From Octopus bimaculoides (lineage: Eukaryota): DNA of 63,894 bases. Shown in pieces: positions 52,680 to 63,894 of the stretch (the stretch's first letter is position 1; each line of letters begins with the position of its first letter). Under the pieces are notes generated by a model. It was not told where the DNA came from. It ran no database searches and saw nothing but the letters and a program-made list of their open reading frames with translations. Location: assembly GCF_001194135.2 (NCBI RefSeq), contig NC_068997.1:55856337-55920230 (forward strand), read 5' to 3'. The translations under genes were made by a program, and so were the position numbers.

Positions 52680-52925
52680 TTTGAAGATTTGAAGAAATGG
52701 TGTGTTGCCAAAGAAAAAGAAAAACAATTAAATGGAGTCGAGATTCTGAGAAGCGAAATGTTGTTCTGAAGAGATTGATAAATGTTACGATGAAGTTGTT
52801 TAAACAAATCATATCTCTATCAAATAAACATTCAGAATATGTTATTGAACTTTAATCAAACTTAGGAAATAAGGAGCAAAACCAGTAAAAAGGATACTAA
52901 AATTTAGACAACGTAAATATCGAGT
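52680..52925 (+). mobile_element. Probable decayed Tigger HTH fragment
   Basis: FEDLKKWC...EILRSE and AKPVKRILKFRQRKY resemble LExxLxxW...SGxxI and KASxGWxxKFKxR. Confidence 0.25.
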
Positions 52926-53908
52926 GTTTTCAATGGTAAGTTTATTATTATTTAACTGCACACAATATGGCAAGTAAATTTACACTCTGTGCCATTAAAA
53001 ATGTGAACTGAAACAACAACAACAACAATAATAATAATAATAACAATAATAATAATAATAATAACAATAATAAAGTTGGCAATGACAAATTACAAAGTGT
53101 TCAGTTTTAGATTTAGATTTCAAACTAATGGAATTTTCTTTTAAGTTATTTACTAAATATTTCAGCAACATTTTAACATTCTTGGATAGCACCAGCATGG
53201 GCTGGTAGACTTTAGTCTTTTATTTATTGTTGTTTCAGGAAATGGACTGGGGCCATGCTGGAGCCATGACTTTAAGGGTTTTAGTGGATTAGATTGATTC
53301 CAGGAGTGTGTCTGCTACTTATTTTGTAGATTTTAGAAAGAGAAAAATGATGTTGACTTAGTGCATTGCTTCACCACCTTTGGTAAGAAATGTCTCTTTG
53401 ATGTAATTGTTATCTCTAGCAGAATATCTCACTACTTTTGGTTGGAACCATCTTCTCTAATAGAATGTGTCACCAATTTTGCTCTGAATGATGTTCTCTA
53501 GCCAAATGTCTCATCACTTATTACCATTCTGTTTCATCTTTTAGTGAATATCATTTTCAGATTCACCAATTCTTCCATATTTTCTGCTTCTGCATAATTC
53601 TTCCACTTGGGTTGCATAACATTTCTATACCAAAATGCCATTCTCCATAAGCAACATGATATGTCTGCATCAGTACAGTCTCCTTTCTTAAACATTACAT
53701 CTCATTCCTCCTGTAATATTTTTTCTCTTGCCTCATTTGTGCTCCACCCCACTTCCCTACCAACATTACACATCAAATGTAGAACATGGTCATTTCATTC
53801 CCCATTGCTCACACATCCTCCATGTTTCACTAACATGCAACACTGCACCTCCTGCACCTCCTGCACAACGATCATACAATTTGCCATTCATCAAATCTCT
53901 TGTAAATA

Positions 53909-54075
53909 TACTAAGAGGGTGAGTCAAAAACAAGTAATGCCATTTTGTTTAGAACCAGTATAATTACCAACACAGGAACATGAATCATACATCAAAATGA
54001 AGCTGGTCCTCTGTGGATCACATCCCTACTTCTCAATATAGGCACTGTTTCTCTCAATAGCAATGTTCCACCTTT
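53909..54075 (-). mobile_element. Mariner 3' end with TIR
   Basis: GAGGGTGAGTCAAAA matches the reverse complement of the TIR at 56880-56896 (TACCAGGGTGAATCAAAG). Confidence 0.6.
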
Positions 54076-54727
54076 GAATGAGAGCAAGTATATGTACAAT
54101 ATAAAGCAGCAATGGTAGTATATAATTGAAAGTATATACCAGAATATATGGCAGAACATTTTAAAATGACATCACAGAATACAGTATATCAGTTTCCACT
54201 TTCTGTATGAACCAACGACTGAAAACACATATAAAGACACATATAAAACGTTCTCTAGTTTCTAATCTTGTAATAATGACACCAGCCTTTCTATTGAATT
54301 CCTATCAATGAATGTATTATATTTTATTTTACTTTTCCATCAGTTTCTTTTTGTTTAGCAGCAATTTTATGGCCTATGCCACAGACCTGTAAATAACCTG
54401 TTTAATAATTAATACATACTGATGTATAATGACTACAAACACTGTTCATAGCTCCAAGTTATCTTTGTATTGGTGTAAATAATTAGATCTCTGTCAAAAG
54501 GAAGATTAAAACTTTAGAGTTCCAAGTGGGACTCTTCCTCATAATGTAATGTTATATGTTGGTATTTAATGAACATTGTAACAGCCAAGTTAACTTTAAT
54601 GAATTTAATGCACAAAATAATAATAATTTAAGTTAAAGAGTCAAAGTTCATTTCTTGTGCATTGACTTGTTAGGCTTAAACTTATTCCAGTTTCTACACT
54701 GCACCAGCAGCTGAGTCACAAGGCTAA

Positions 54728-54978
54728 TCATCATCATCATTTAAATTCCGTTTTCCATGCTGGCGTGGGTTGGACGGTTTGACTGAGGTCTGGAGAGCCA
54801 GCAGCTGCACCAGGCTCCAATCTGATCAGGCAATGTTTCTACAGCTGGATACCCTTCCTAATGCCAACCACTCTGAGAGTGTAGTGGGTTCTTTTTACAT
54901 GCCACCGGCATGGGAGCCAGTCAAGGGGTACTGGCATCGGCCACGTTTGGATGGTGCATTCTACGTATTACCAGCATT
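54728..54978 (-). mobile_element. RTE 3' tail
   Basis: (CAT)n TTAAATTCCGTTTTCCATGCTGGCGTGGGTTGGACGG...; matches 38118-38400. Confidence 0.8.
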
Positions 54979-55790
54979 ATAAGGAAAACTAAATTTCCCA
55001 AAGATAAGTATTTTCACTTCTGAAGCTGGTGTATGGAGAACAAGTCTGGATGTTATGACAGACAGACATCTAAAGCAGTTAGTTAAAGCCTACCACACAC
55101 TACCAAGTGCTACTGCTAATAGCAGTTGTGGCTTAGTGTTTGGTATCTATATGACATCTCACAAGCTATATTCTTCTTTTTAATTCCAGTGACAGGTAGT
55201 AATTCTTATTCAAAGTACTTTAGATTAAACTTGGATCTTCTAGTGAAAAATGAAAGATACGATGATTATTAAAATTGCAATATTTGAAAGTAGCAAGTAT
55301 TTAACTCCAATATATAATAACCATGTTATTAATACTCACCTGACACTTGGCAATAAAAACATAATTGTTTTTCTAATTACCAAAGTTACATGAAAGTCAA
55401 ATTCAAAAACATTTTTTACTCACGCAGGCTCTAAATTATATATTTCAAAAGTTTATATTTATAAGAGTATATAATATTAACACACAGACGCTGATTGAAA
55501 TGTCGCGTTAAGATAATTAATTTCAATCATGTTGGCTATTTCAAAGGAACATCTCTTTGTTTAATGATTAACAGTTGTCTTTTATTGGTTGTATTCATTG
55601 GTTTGCAACTAAAGTGTGACACTACATTCAAAGGATTTCACTCAGTTTTATTGTTTCTCATGCTTTGCATGGTAAATATTTTATCACTCTCTACTTATTG
55701 AATAGCTAGGTTCATGTAACTTGCCAGATAAAATAGTACAAGGTATTATTTTTGTTCGACACATTGATTTACTGGCCATTCCATTACTCT

Positions 55791-55801
55791 CTTTCTCTCT
55801 G

Positions 55802-55893
<92 letters not shown>

Positions 55894-55898
55894 ACACA
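55791..55898. repeat. (CT)n(CA)n microsatellite
   Basis: Seen directly. Confidence 0.95.
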
Positions 55899-56028
55899 CA
55901 TATGGTGCACCCAGAAGAATCTGTAAAATAGTTGGTGTTAGGAAAAGCATCCAGTCAAAGAAACTAAACAAAAGGAAACATACAACAATGTATGTCTATC
56001 TATCTATCTACCTATATATATATATATG

Positions 56029-56068
<40 letters not shown>

Positions 56069-56104
56069 ATTCAATAGGGTATATAATAACAGCACGTGAC
56101 CCTT

Positions 56105-56894
56105 TACAAAACACCAATTGACCCCTCCATAAGCTGAGCCTTGTAAACAGATGGTATCGAGAAGTTCCTCATGAACTGACCAATGACCAGACTCAATGAC
56201 ATGTTAACATTTGCAAACAACTTCTGGTAAATCCTTGAGTTGCTCATCTTTGGTATCAAATTGTAACCGGGGATGAAAGATGGGTCTATTTTCATAATCC
56301 TAATAAGGGAAATCCATGGCTTTGTTCCTGTCAGGAATCAAAATATGCTTTCAGACAAGGGTAGTTTGAACACTCAATCATTTTATGCGATTGGTGGTAT
56401 TTCAAAGGAGTATTGGTCTTTGAGCTGGTTCCAGGCATCATGCTGTGAATACTAATCTTTATGCACACAAGCTGCAGCAAGTATATGTTGCTTTGAAGGC
56501 CCACTGCCTGCATTGGTCAATTGAAGACCTGAATTCCTACAGCATTAGAATGCCACAGTCCATCTGCCAGTGTGTCCAAGTGCAAACTTGAGGAATTCAA
56601 GGGGCTGAAATTGCTGCCACACCCTACCTATAGTCCAGATCTTGTACCATCAAATTAACACCTTCTCCAAACCATAGTTAATTTCCTACATGGATGGAAA
56701 TTTAACAATGTGGATGAGGTTGAAAATGAGTACAGCCAAATGGTATAAGCATAGAATTGAGCTTTTGGTACTATTATAGCAACAAGCAATATACTTTGAT
56801 GGAATATAATTTGATGAACAAATGCTTTTCATATGTAATTTGTCTGAACTTTTAATTAAAGTTTAAAATACATAAAACCTTTGATTCACCCTGG
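56105..56894 (+). mobile_element. Decayed mariner transposase with 3' TIR
   Basis: VPHELTNDQ (WVPHEL motif), QIVTGDERWVYFHN (first D of DD34D), LPHPTYSPDLVPS. Terminus GATTCACCCTGG then TA. Stops and frameshifts present. Confidence 0.92.
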
Positions 56895-56999
56895 TATGTT
56901 ATTTGTGTGTTGATTGCAGACTTATGTTGTGATATTGCTTGAGTAATTAACTGTCTGACTCTTTGAGGAATGTTATAAAGCAGAGATGTAGAATCTGTT

Positions 57000-57870
57000 A
57001 ATATTATTCTATCTAGCATTGTTTAATGATGTGTGGCATAATATGTTGCCATTCCTCCTTAGTGTCTATCCATAGTGAGTCCATGAGAAAGAGTTGTACT
57101 TATCTGGCCACTGTAACAGATAAAATCCTGAAGTTTGCAACTTTACACATTTATAGTCAAATTTATAGACGACATTAGTAATTTGTAGCTTTTACTCCGA
57201 TTTATATGGCCATGTGTTAATAAGGACGTTTGTGATCTCATTGTTTTTGTCATAGATATTATGATCCATTTACGGTCGGCTGTAATGCTGTCTGTGTTTC
57301 ATTAATGGAATTCTTTATTATGTGTTCGTTTGTTCTATACCTGGCATGCATTGATTCATTTAATACACTTTGCATGAAATATGTGTATTTTTAGTCAGGA
57401 TAATATCTAATATATTTGTTCCACCATATTTCTGTTTATATCCACCAGTAGTTTGGTCTACTGGCCAGCTTGATTATCCATTGTTAATTAATGCTGGTTT
57501 TATTCTATGGATTTCGGTATCGAATGTTTCATTTGTAGAAGAGAATCTAAATGCTCTCCAAAGCATTAATTTTCTTACTTGTATTTTGTAGCTCTGTGGC
57601 TATTTCCAGTCTCCATGTTGGTTTTGTTTGTGTCTTTTTCTGAATACTAATATAATGTATCTGCTGTTTTGAGTCTGAATGTCTATGTCTTGATATGAAG
57701 TTGTATAAGCATCATTCAGGGTGTTAGATCTTGGCACTGAGTTGTGACATACATCCCCTTTTAATTTCCCAATGTCTTGTGATGTGTCTATTACAACTAG
57801 TTTATCATTTACGTAACTAGTGAATATGATTTTCTTTAGATATTACTTTGGTTTTTATTGAAGTCTGGCA
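57000..57870 (-). mobile_element. Decayed Penelope-like element (GIY-YIG region)
   Basis: TNVVYKFDYKC followed by YSGQISTTLSHGLTM resembles NVVYKFxC...YIGQTxxTLSRRLTxH. Confidence 0.55.
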
Positions 57871-58736
57871 GACTGTGGTCAACGTTGGTCCTTAGGGAAG
57901 AGCCCATAGTTATTTCATATCCTTTTTGTTTCACAATTTACCTTGTGGACAGTGAAAGCTACTCTAGTTGTGCAAATTACTAGCTAAACTTGATGGGATT
58001 TGAACTCAGAACATAAAAGGTTGAAACTAAATAGTGCACTATTATTTTAGCCAATATATATACACATATATATATTACAATGTTTCCCCTTGGATTGTGT
58101 GGTTAACAATCTAAAAGATATAATTCATATTTTGTAACTTTTCACCTGATTCTGTCTCGCTTCCTTCATTTACCATTTATTGCTGTTATTGAGTGCAGAG
58201 TTGAGAAACTGAATTCTGAATCCAAAAAATTCATTTCCCAGATACCATTAGTCTATGAAAAGCACCAGTATTAATACTACCTTGTAAAAAAATTTGGTAT
58301 TAATTCCACTGTTTGATGCTTTCAAGAAAACACAGTTGTATAAGAAATTCTCCAAGAACATATCAGATAGTTGAAATTTGTAGACCTGTCAATATTTTAC
58401 CAGTATGGAGAAACAACATCAACAACACCAGCAACAGGAACTTAATATAAGAAATGAAATATAACAGCTGTCATAAAAAAAATAACAAAATATGATAGAA
58501 ATATCAGCAATGATTTGTCAACAGTAATATTTATATCATATTTATAATGCCATTATTATAACATTCGATAAATTGATACATAAGAAACTACAATATAAAA
58601 GCTGTCAAAAAAAAAAGAAAAAGAGTGAGCTAAAATATCAGTGTTGTTTATAAGTAGTCATTACATATTGTAACCTCATATAAAGTTTTGATCAGCTAAG
58701 TTTCTTTGACAGTTTGACGCAAAAGCATACATACTT

Positions 58737-58772
<36 letters not shown>

Positions 58773-59539
58773 CCTTTGCCTGCTTTCTCAGTCTTTCATG
58801 CTTGTTATCCAATATTTTCAGCACTCTCTCTCTCTCTCTAACCTATACATACAGTACCAAACACCATCATTTATTATATTTTCTGATTTAGATGCTAAAA
58901 GGCATGGCTGATTTACAAGTTCTTATTGATTAGTAAAGAGGGGGAAAAAATACCCTAAAGTTCCTTCAGATATTTAGTATATATGTTTGAGCACCAGAAG
59001 AAATGGCCATTCTTATAAATTACCTAATAGAAATAAATAAATTAAAAGTTTCTTTTGGCCTCTAGTGTTGATATTATGGTATGAAAGGGCATGTGAAATT
59101 TGTCAGTTCAAATCATTACATTACAAAGTCTATACTCGTGTAAGTATTGTTTACTTCAAGAACAGATTTAATCTCCAGAAAAATTCTATGTATATCTCAA
59201 CTGTAGAGAGGATGAGATACGTTATTGAACAAGAAACTTCCTGCGTTGTGTGAGTTCAACTTTACCCCTGGCATTTATACTGCTACCCACACACATTTTA
59301 TGGGCCAGGGTGATGTTTTAAAATACAATATCCAGTTAATCATGCTTTTGATAATCTGAAAGACTCGATCAGGGTATGTGAATGAAATACAACAAATTTG
59401 GGAGGAAAAAACTCACTCGTTAAAGGATCTCCATCTGGAAGCTACTGAGCTGACCTGTTTTCTTTCTGACACATACACGCACTCACACACAAGTGTGCAT
59501 GAGCATACACACACATGCATACATACACACACATCTGAT

Positions 59540-59715
59540 GACTATGGGCTTCTCTCAGTTTTAGCTACCAAATTCACTGACAAGACTTTTGTTCACCCAG
59601 ACTTCAGGAGAAGACAGTAGCCCAAGGTGCCATCTTGTTGGTTTGACCCACAGAGCACTCAGACTGGGAAACAAGCTTCTTAACAACACAGCAATGCCAT
59701 GCATACATACATGTA

Positions 59716-59800
<85 letters not shown>
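59540..59800 (-). mobile_element. SINE family B next to a long (TA)n tract
   Basis: GGGCTTCTCTCAGTTTT...AGTAGCCCAAGGTGCCA...CTGGGAAACAAGCTTCTTAAC. Confidence 0.75.
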
Positions 59801-59802
<2 letters not shown>

Positions 59803-61784
59803 GTTTAAATATGTGTGTGTGTGTATGTGTGTGTATGTACATTATATATATATATATATGAACATATATGCATGTGCATATGTCTACACACACACACATA
59901 AAGGCATAGTTTAGTGTTGTTAGCACAGCACTGACAGCTTCATACACTTGTATCCATAATAACACTTTTGTATGCTCTTGCACACATACACACGTAGAGG
60001 AGCATCCATCATCTCCAACCTTCTCCCTTGACTCCTATATGTTACGGATCACCTCTTCACCCTTGTCCATTATTCACTACATTCACCTTTCAACATCACT
60101 GAATCTCTACAATCATCACCAACTCTTCCTAACATCTAATCTATATTTATAATCGATCACTTCTCAATCATTCTTCATTCATTATATTCATCAATCGTCC
60201 CTACCCCACCCTCTACCCAACCACTACTCGTTCTTCTGTTCTCGCTCACTTTGGTTCCTCTTTTTACCTTCAGCTACACCCTGCATCCCCACTATTTGAT
60301 ATTTTTTTTTCCCAGTTCCACCACGGTTACTTCTACCCCCCCCCCTTCTATAAGGACCCTACTCTCATGCCTTAGCCTCTCAACACCCAGCATAAAGCAG
60401 CTTCATTGCCTATTGTATTTCCACTCAGTGAAAAGCTGCTTGGAAACCTCACAAGTGCTGGTGCCATGCAAAAGCACTCACTCCATAAAGTAAAGTGGAT
60501 GGTATCTGAAAGGAGCGTCCAGCCTTAGAAACCATGCCAAAGCAGACATTGGAACATGATGTGGTCCTAGGACATATTAAAGTCTAACATCATTAAGCAT
60601 AATCATTTCATTTAACATCTGGTTTCCATGCTGGCATGCAATGGAGGGTTTAATAGGGAACTAGTGACGTGTAGGTGGTCTGCATCTTTCCTCTCAGTTA
60701 AATAGAAAATGTGCTTTCTGTGGATATGGAGTCTCTGACTCTTATTTCTAGCAATGCTAGTGCTCTCTGCACCCTTTGTCACTTTTTAGTGACAGTATGT
60801 GTGTGTGTGTAAAATCTAAGAACTCACAATTAGGAAAAAGGTAAGAGGTATTTCTGTAATTGAACGAAAGAAATATATTCTGAGGTAAAATCTTTTTTCA
60901 GAATAAACAATTTACATGTTTTTCTTTTCTTTTTGTTGAAAAATAGATTTTGCATTAAAATGAAATGATTCTCTCATGAGATGAATGCCAAACTTGTGCA
61001 TGTTATATCTTTGGTAGTGTTTAATTTAATTTTCACCACTGATTGACATCCAAAGTCAATGTAGATAAAACTAAAATAAGATATTGATAACAAATGAAAT
61101 ATAAGTGAAACGTGATGTTAAGTTGTTAAAATAATTAACGGAATTCAACATCTTAAGACGAATATTAATGTACGAAAAGAAAATTAGTTCTCAATACATC
61201 ATTCAATGATCAATATATATCATTTCAAGCTGTGTAACAAACTTAAGGTTAACTAATAATTTACTGAGAGTTCGGGGAATAAGATTATCAATACACCATT
61301 TGGAGATTAGATTTTGAAAGAATCAAAACAGAAATTGTTTAGACAAAACATTTCTCTTTGATTGTAAAATATTGTAGCTTGTCTGTCAGGTAATATTTTG
61401 TGTAGATATTATTTAGAGGTTATATAAGTCTAGACTTGGAAATGAAGAAAACTCCAACAACATTATTACTTCTAAATATAAAAAAAAATATATATATATA
61501 TAAAAAAAACAATCCTTTCTTTAGCTGTTCCCTTGGCCCTCGGGGAACATTTCAGGGTGTTGTGATACACAAATAAAAAAAAATGCATAAAACAATTGTG
61601 GTTGTTACACTTTTGTGTGTGGAGAAAATATATAAAAAGTCTCCAATTGCATGCAACACTCAACATCATTTCTTACAGTAATTGTCTGCTTCTGCCTCAG
61701 TTGTTTACTTTGCTGTCATAACAACCACCTCACATGTCGCTTGTCATGTGACATTTCTATTTCCAATATTAAGGGATTAAGAAG

Positions 61785-61970
61785 GCAAACTGGTAGTAGC
61801 ATCTCCTTTGTCTGTATTTTCTAAGTTCAAATTCTGCTGAGGACAACTTTGCCTTTCATCTTTTCAGGGTCGATAAAATATGTACCAGTCAAAGACTGGG
61901 GTTGATATAACCAACCTGTACCCTCCCCTGAAATTGCTGGACTTGCACCAAAATTTAAAGCCAATATTAT
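61785..61970 (+). mobile_element. SINE family A
   Basis: AAGTTCAAATTCTGCTGAGGACAACTTTGCCTTTCATC...GGGTCGATAAAATATGTACCAG. Confidence 0.75.
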
Positions 61971-62477
61971 GGGATATAACTGGTTTACTCTCAATATACT
62001 TAACAGATCAAACATAACAGAGAAACTTCTCTTGTGTGATGTCATCTTGGGGCACAATCATGAGAATTTGCCACACTTTTTAACAAAGACTGCATGCAGC
62101 TCTGAACCCATTCCTCTCTATAAATGTGTTTGTACCAACTGAAGCAGTTTTTGTGAGCTACTGTTAATCCATTGCACAGAATGTCATTCATACAAGAATG
62201 AGATTAAGTTTTGTGTATTACTCTGTGTGTTAGTTTGTGTAACAACTTTTGAGCTGCCTTGTCCCTTCTATCAACATAATAACTCAAAACTCAGTTGTTA
62301 ATTCATGAAACTGTTTCCTTCCCAGCAATTTTTATCCTGCTAAACCATTGCTCTCCACTATTGATGAATCAATACTTGTACTGATTGTGCTTCAATATAA
62401 TTAACCATTGGAATACTTCATGTATTTCAATGGTTGCTTATAGAAATGATGTATTGACAGAAGCAGTTGATTACCAG

Positions 62478-62625
62478 ACAATATAATGCCTTGTAGTATT
62501 TAGCCCGCTTTGCATTCTCAGTTCAAATCTCACCTGGAATGACTTAACTTTCCATCCTTCTGCAATGAATAAGATAAATACCAGTCAAATACTGGGGTTG
62601 GTTATAATGAACTGTCTGCTCCACC
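62478..62625 (+). mobile_element. SINE family A, degenerate
   Basis: CAGTTCAAATCTC...TTTCCATCCTTC...AAATACCAGTCAAATACTGGGGT. Confidence 0.6.
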
Positions 62626-63894
62626 AAAATATATTCCCATGGGTTTAATGTGTGTCTTGGCGATTGTGTGCAGGATCCAACTTTGCTCGACTTCCGCGAG
62701 ATCTCCCCTAATATGGTGCTGACTGCTTGTGCTGCTACAAGGGCTCCCTGCTGAGTGTGGCAATGTGTAAACAGAATAATTGCAGCAGGCACAAGAAAGA
62801 TTGTGATGATGATGGGATGATGATGATAATGATGGTGGTGGCGGTGGTGTTGGTGGGGATAGCAATGATGATGATAACTATGACAACAGTGATGATGACG
62901 ATTTCATATTTTTAATGGTATAAGCAGCAATAGAATGACAATATTTTCTTTTCATTTGATAAAACGTTAAACAGAAGGAACTCCTGTCACAATATATTTT
63001 GTAACACACAGGAAATGGCACCAGGCTAAAAAGTGCCAGAAATTTAATTGCAACCAAATATTTCACCTGTTATTGTATTGTGTTACGAGTGTCTTTTACA
63101 TTTCTGCAACATTTCAAAAAGAATATGCCAGCAGTGCTTTTGTAATTTCACAAATTCTTTTCATTGCATTATCAAAATGAGAAGTTGGTTGCTGATCCTG
63201 AAATCAATGTCTTCCTCCATTGCAGTGGAATAAAATCACAATTTGCTGGAAATAACCTCTTAGATTTGCAGATATGTCAGTTATTCCTCTCCAAAGAATC
63301 ACAAATAATCATCTGACATTTCCACCAATTCTACTTTTCTGGACAAAACAATGACACTGCTGCAATCAACATAAACGTTTCTGCAAACTCATCTTCTGTA
63401 AATTATTTCCAACAAACAGCAATTTCCTTTGAATATTTGAAGCTTCTTTTAAGAGATATCTTATCATCAATGACCACCGGTTATTTTTCATTCTGGGTAT
63501 TCTAATCATGTCCATCGTTGTTTCATTCTTACACATCTACTCCACATTACAAAGACAAAAAACTTGTCAATGAAAGATTTGCATAAAAAATGCCAAATTA
63601 TTTTTTTTTATCTGAAATATTTGACATTTTAAGATACATTAAAAACATTTTTCTCAATCAAGAATGCAATAAATAAATTTTATATAGAAATCTAGGATTC
63701 ATCTTGTCTCTTAGATTCATCATCAGCATCATCATTGTCACCACTATCACCATCACCAGAAGCAACACCACCACCACCACCACCAAGAATGTAGTGTGAA
63801 TTAACTAGGAATGGTTAAACAGTTGTATTGAAACCGAAAGGCGAATGAATGAAGCAGAATGGTCAAGTCTCTTTGGATTTTACATTTTATACAT

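Noticed and set aside
63050-63480. Possible pogo C-terminal remnant (also a maT-like hint at 53380-53700 and a mariner-like hint at 59060-59260)
   Set aside because: Motif similarity is too weak to list as features.

Overview
AT-rich, repeat-dense animal genomic DNA. The SINE families, RTE tails ending in (GAT)n, and (TA)n/(GA)n/(AC)n tracts beside N gaps look like an octopus short-read assembly; this is inferred from remembered repeat families, not from a search. I could not support any host protein-coding exon chain. Nearly every coding-looking stretch is better explained as a decayed transposase or retroelement fragment (mariner, Tc1/maT, pogo/Tigger, hAT, RTE, Penelope, possibly Gypsy), and most listed ORFs come from microsatellites, gaps or SINEs. 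The window therefore reads as intergenic or large-intron DNA. The standout is a young 255-bp foldback element at 45830-46084. It has near-perfect CpG-rich terminal inverted repeats, an exact 9-bp target-site duplication (Mutator-like), and outward-facing telomeric (CCCTAA)n/(TTAGGG)n arrays. It sits inside a CpG-enriched, promoter-like region at about 45.0-46.3 kb. All family assignments come from reading motifs by eye and need Dfam/Repbase or BLAST confirmation.
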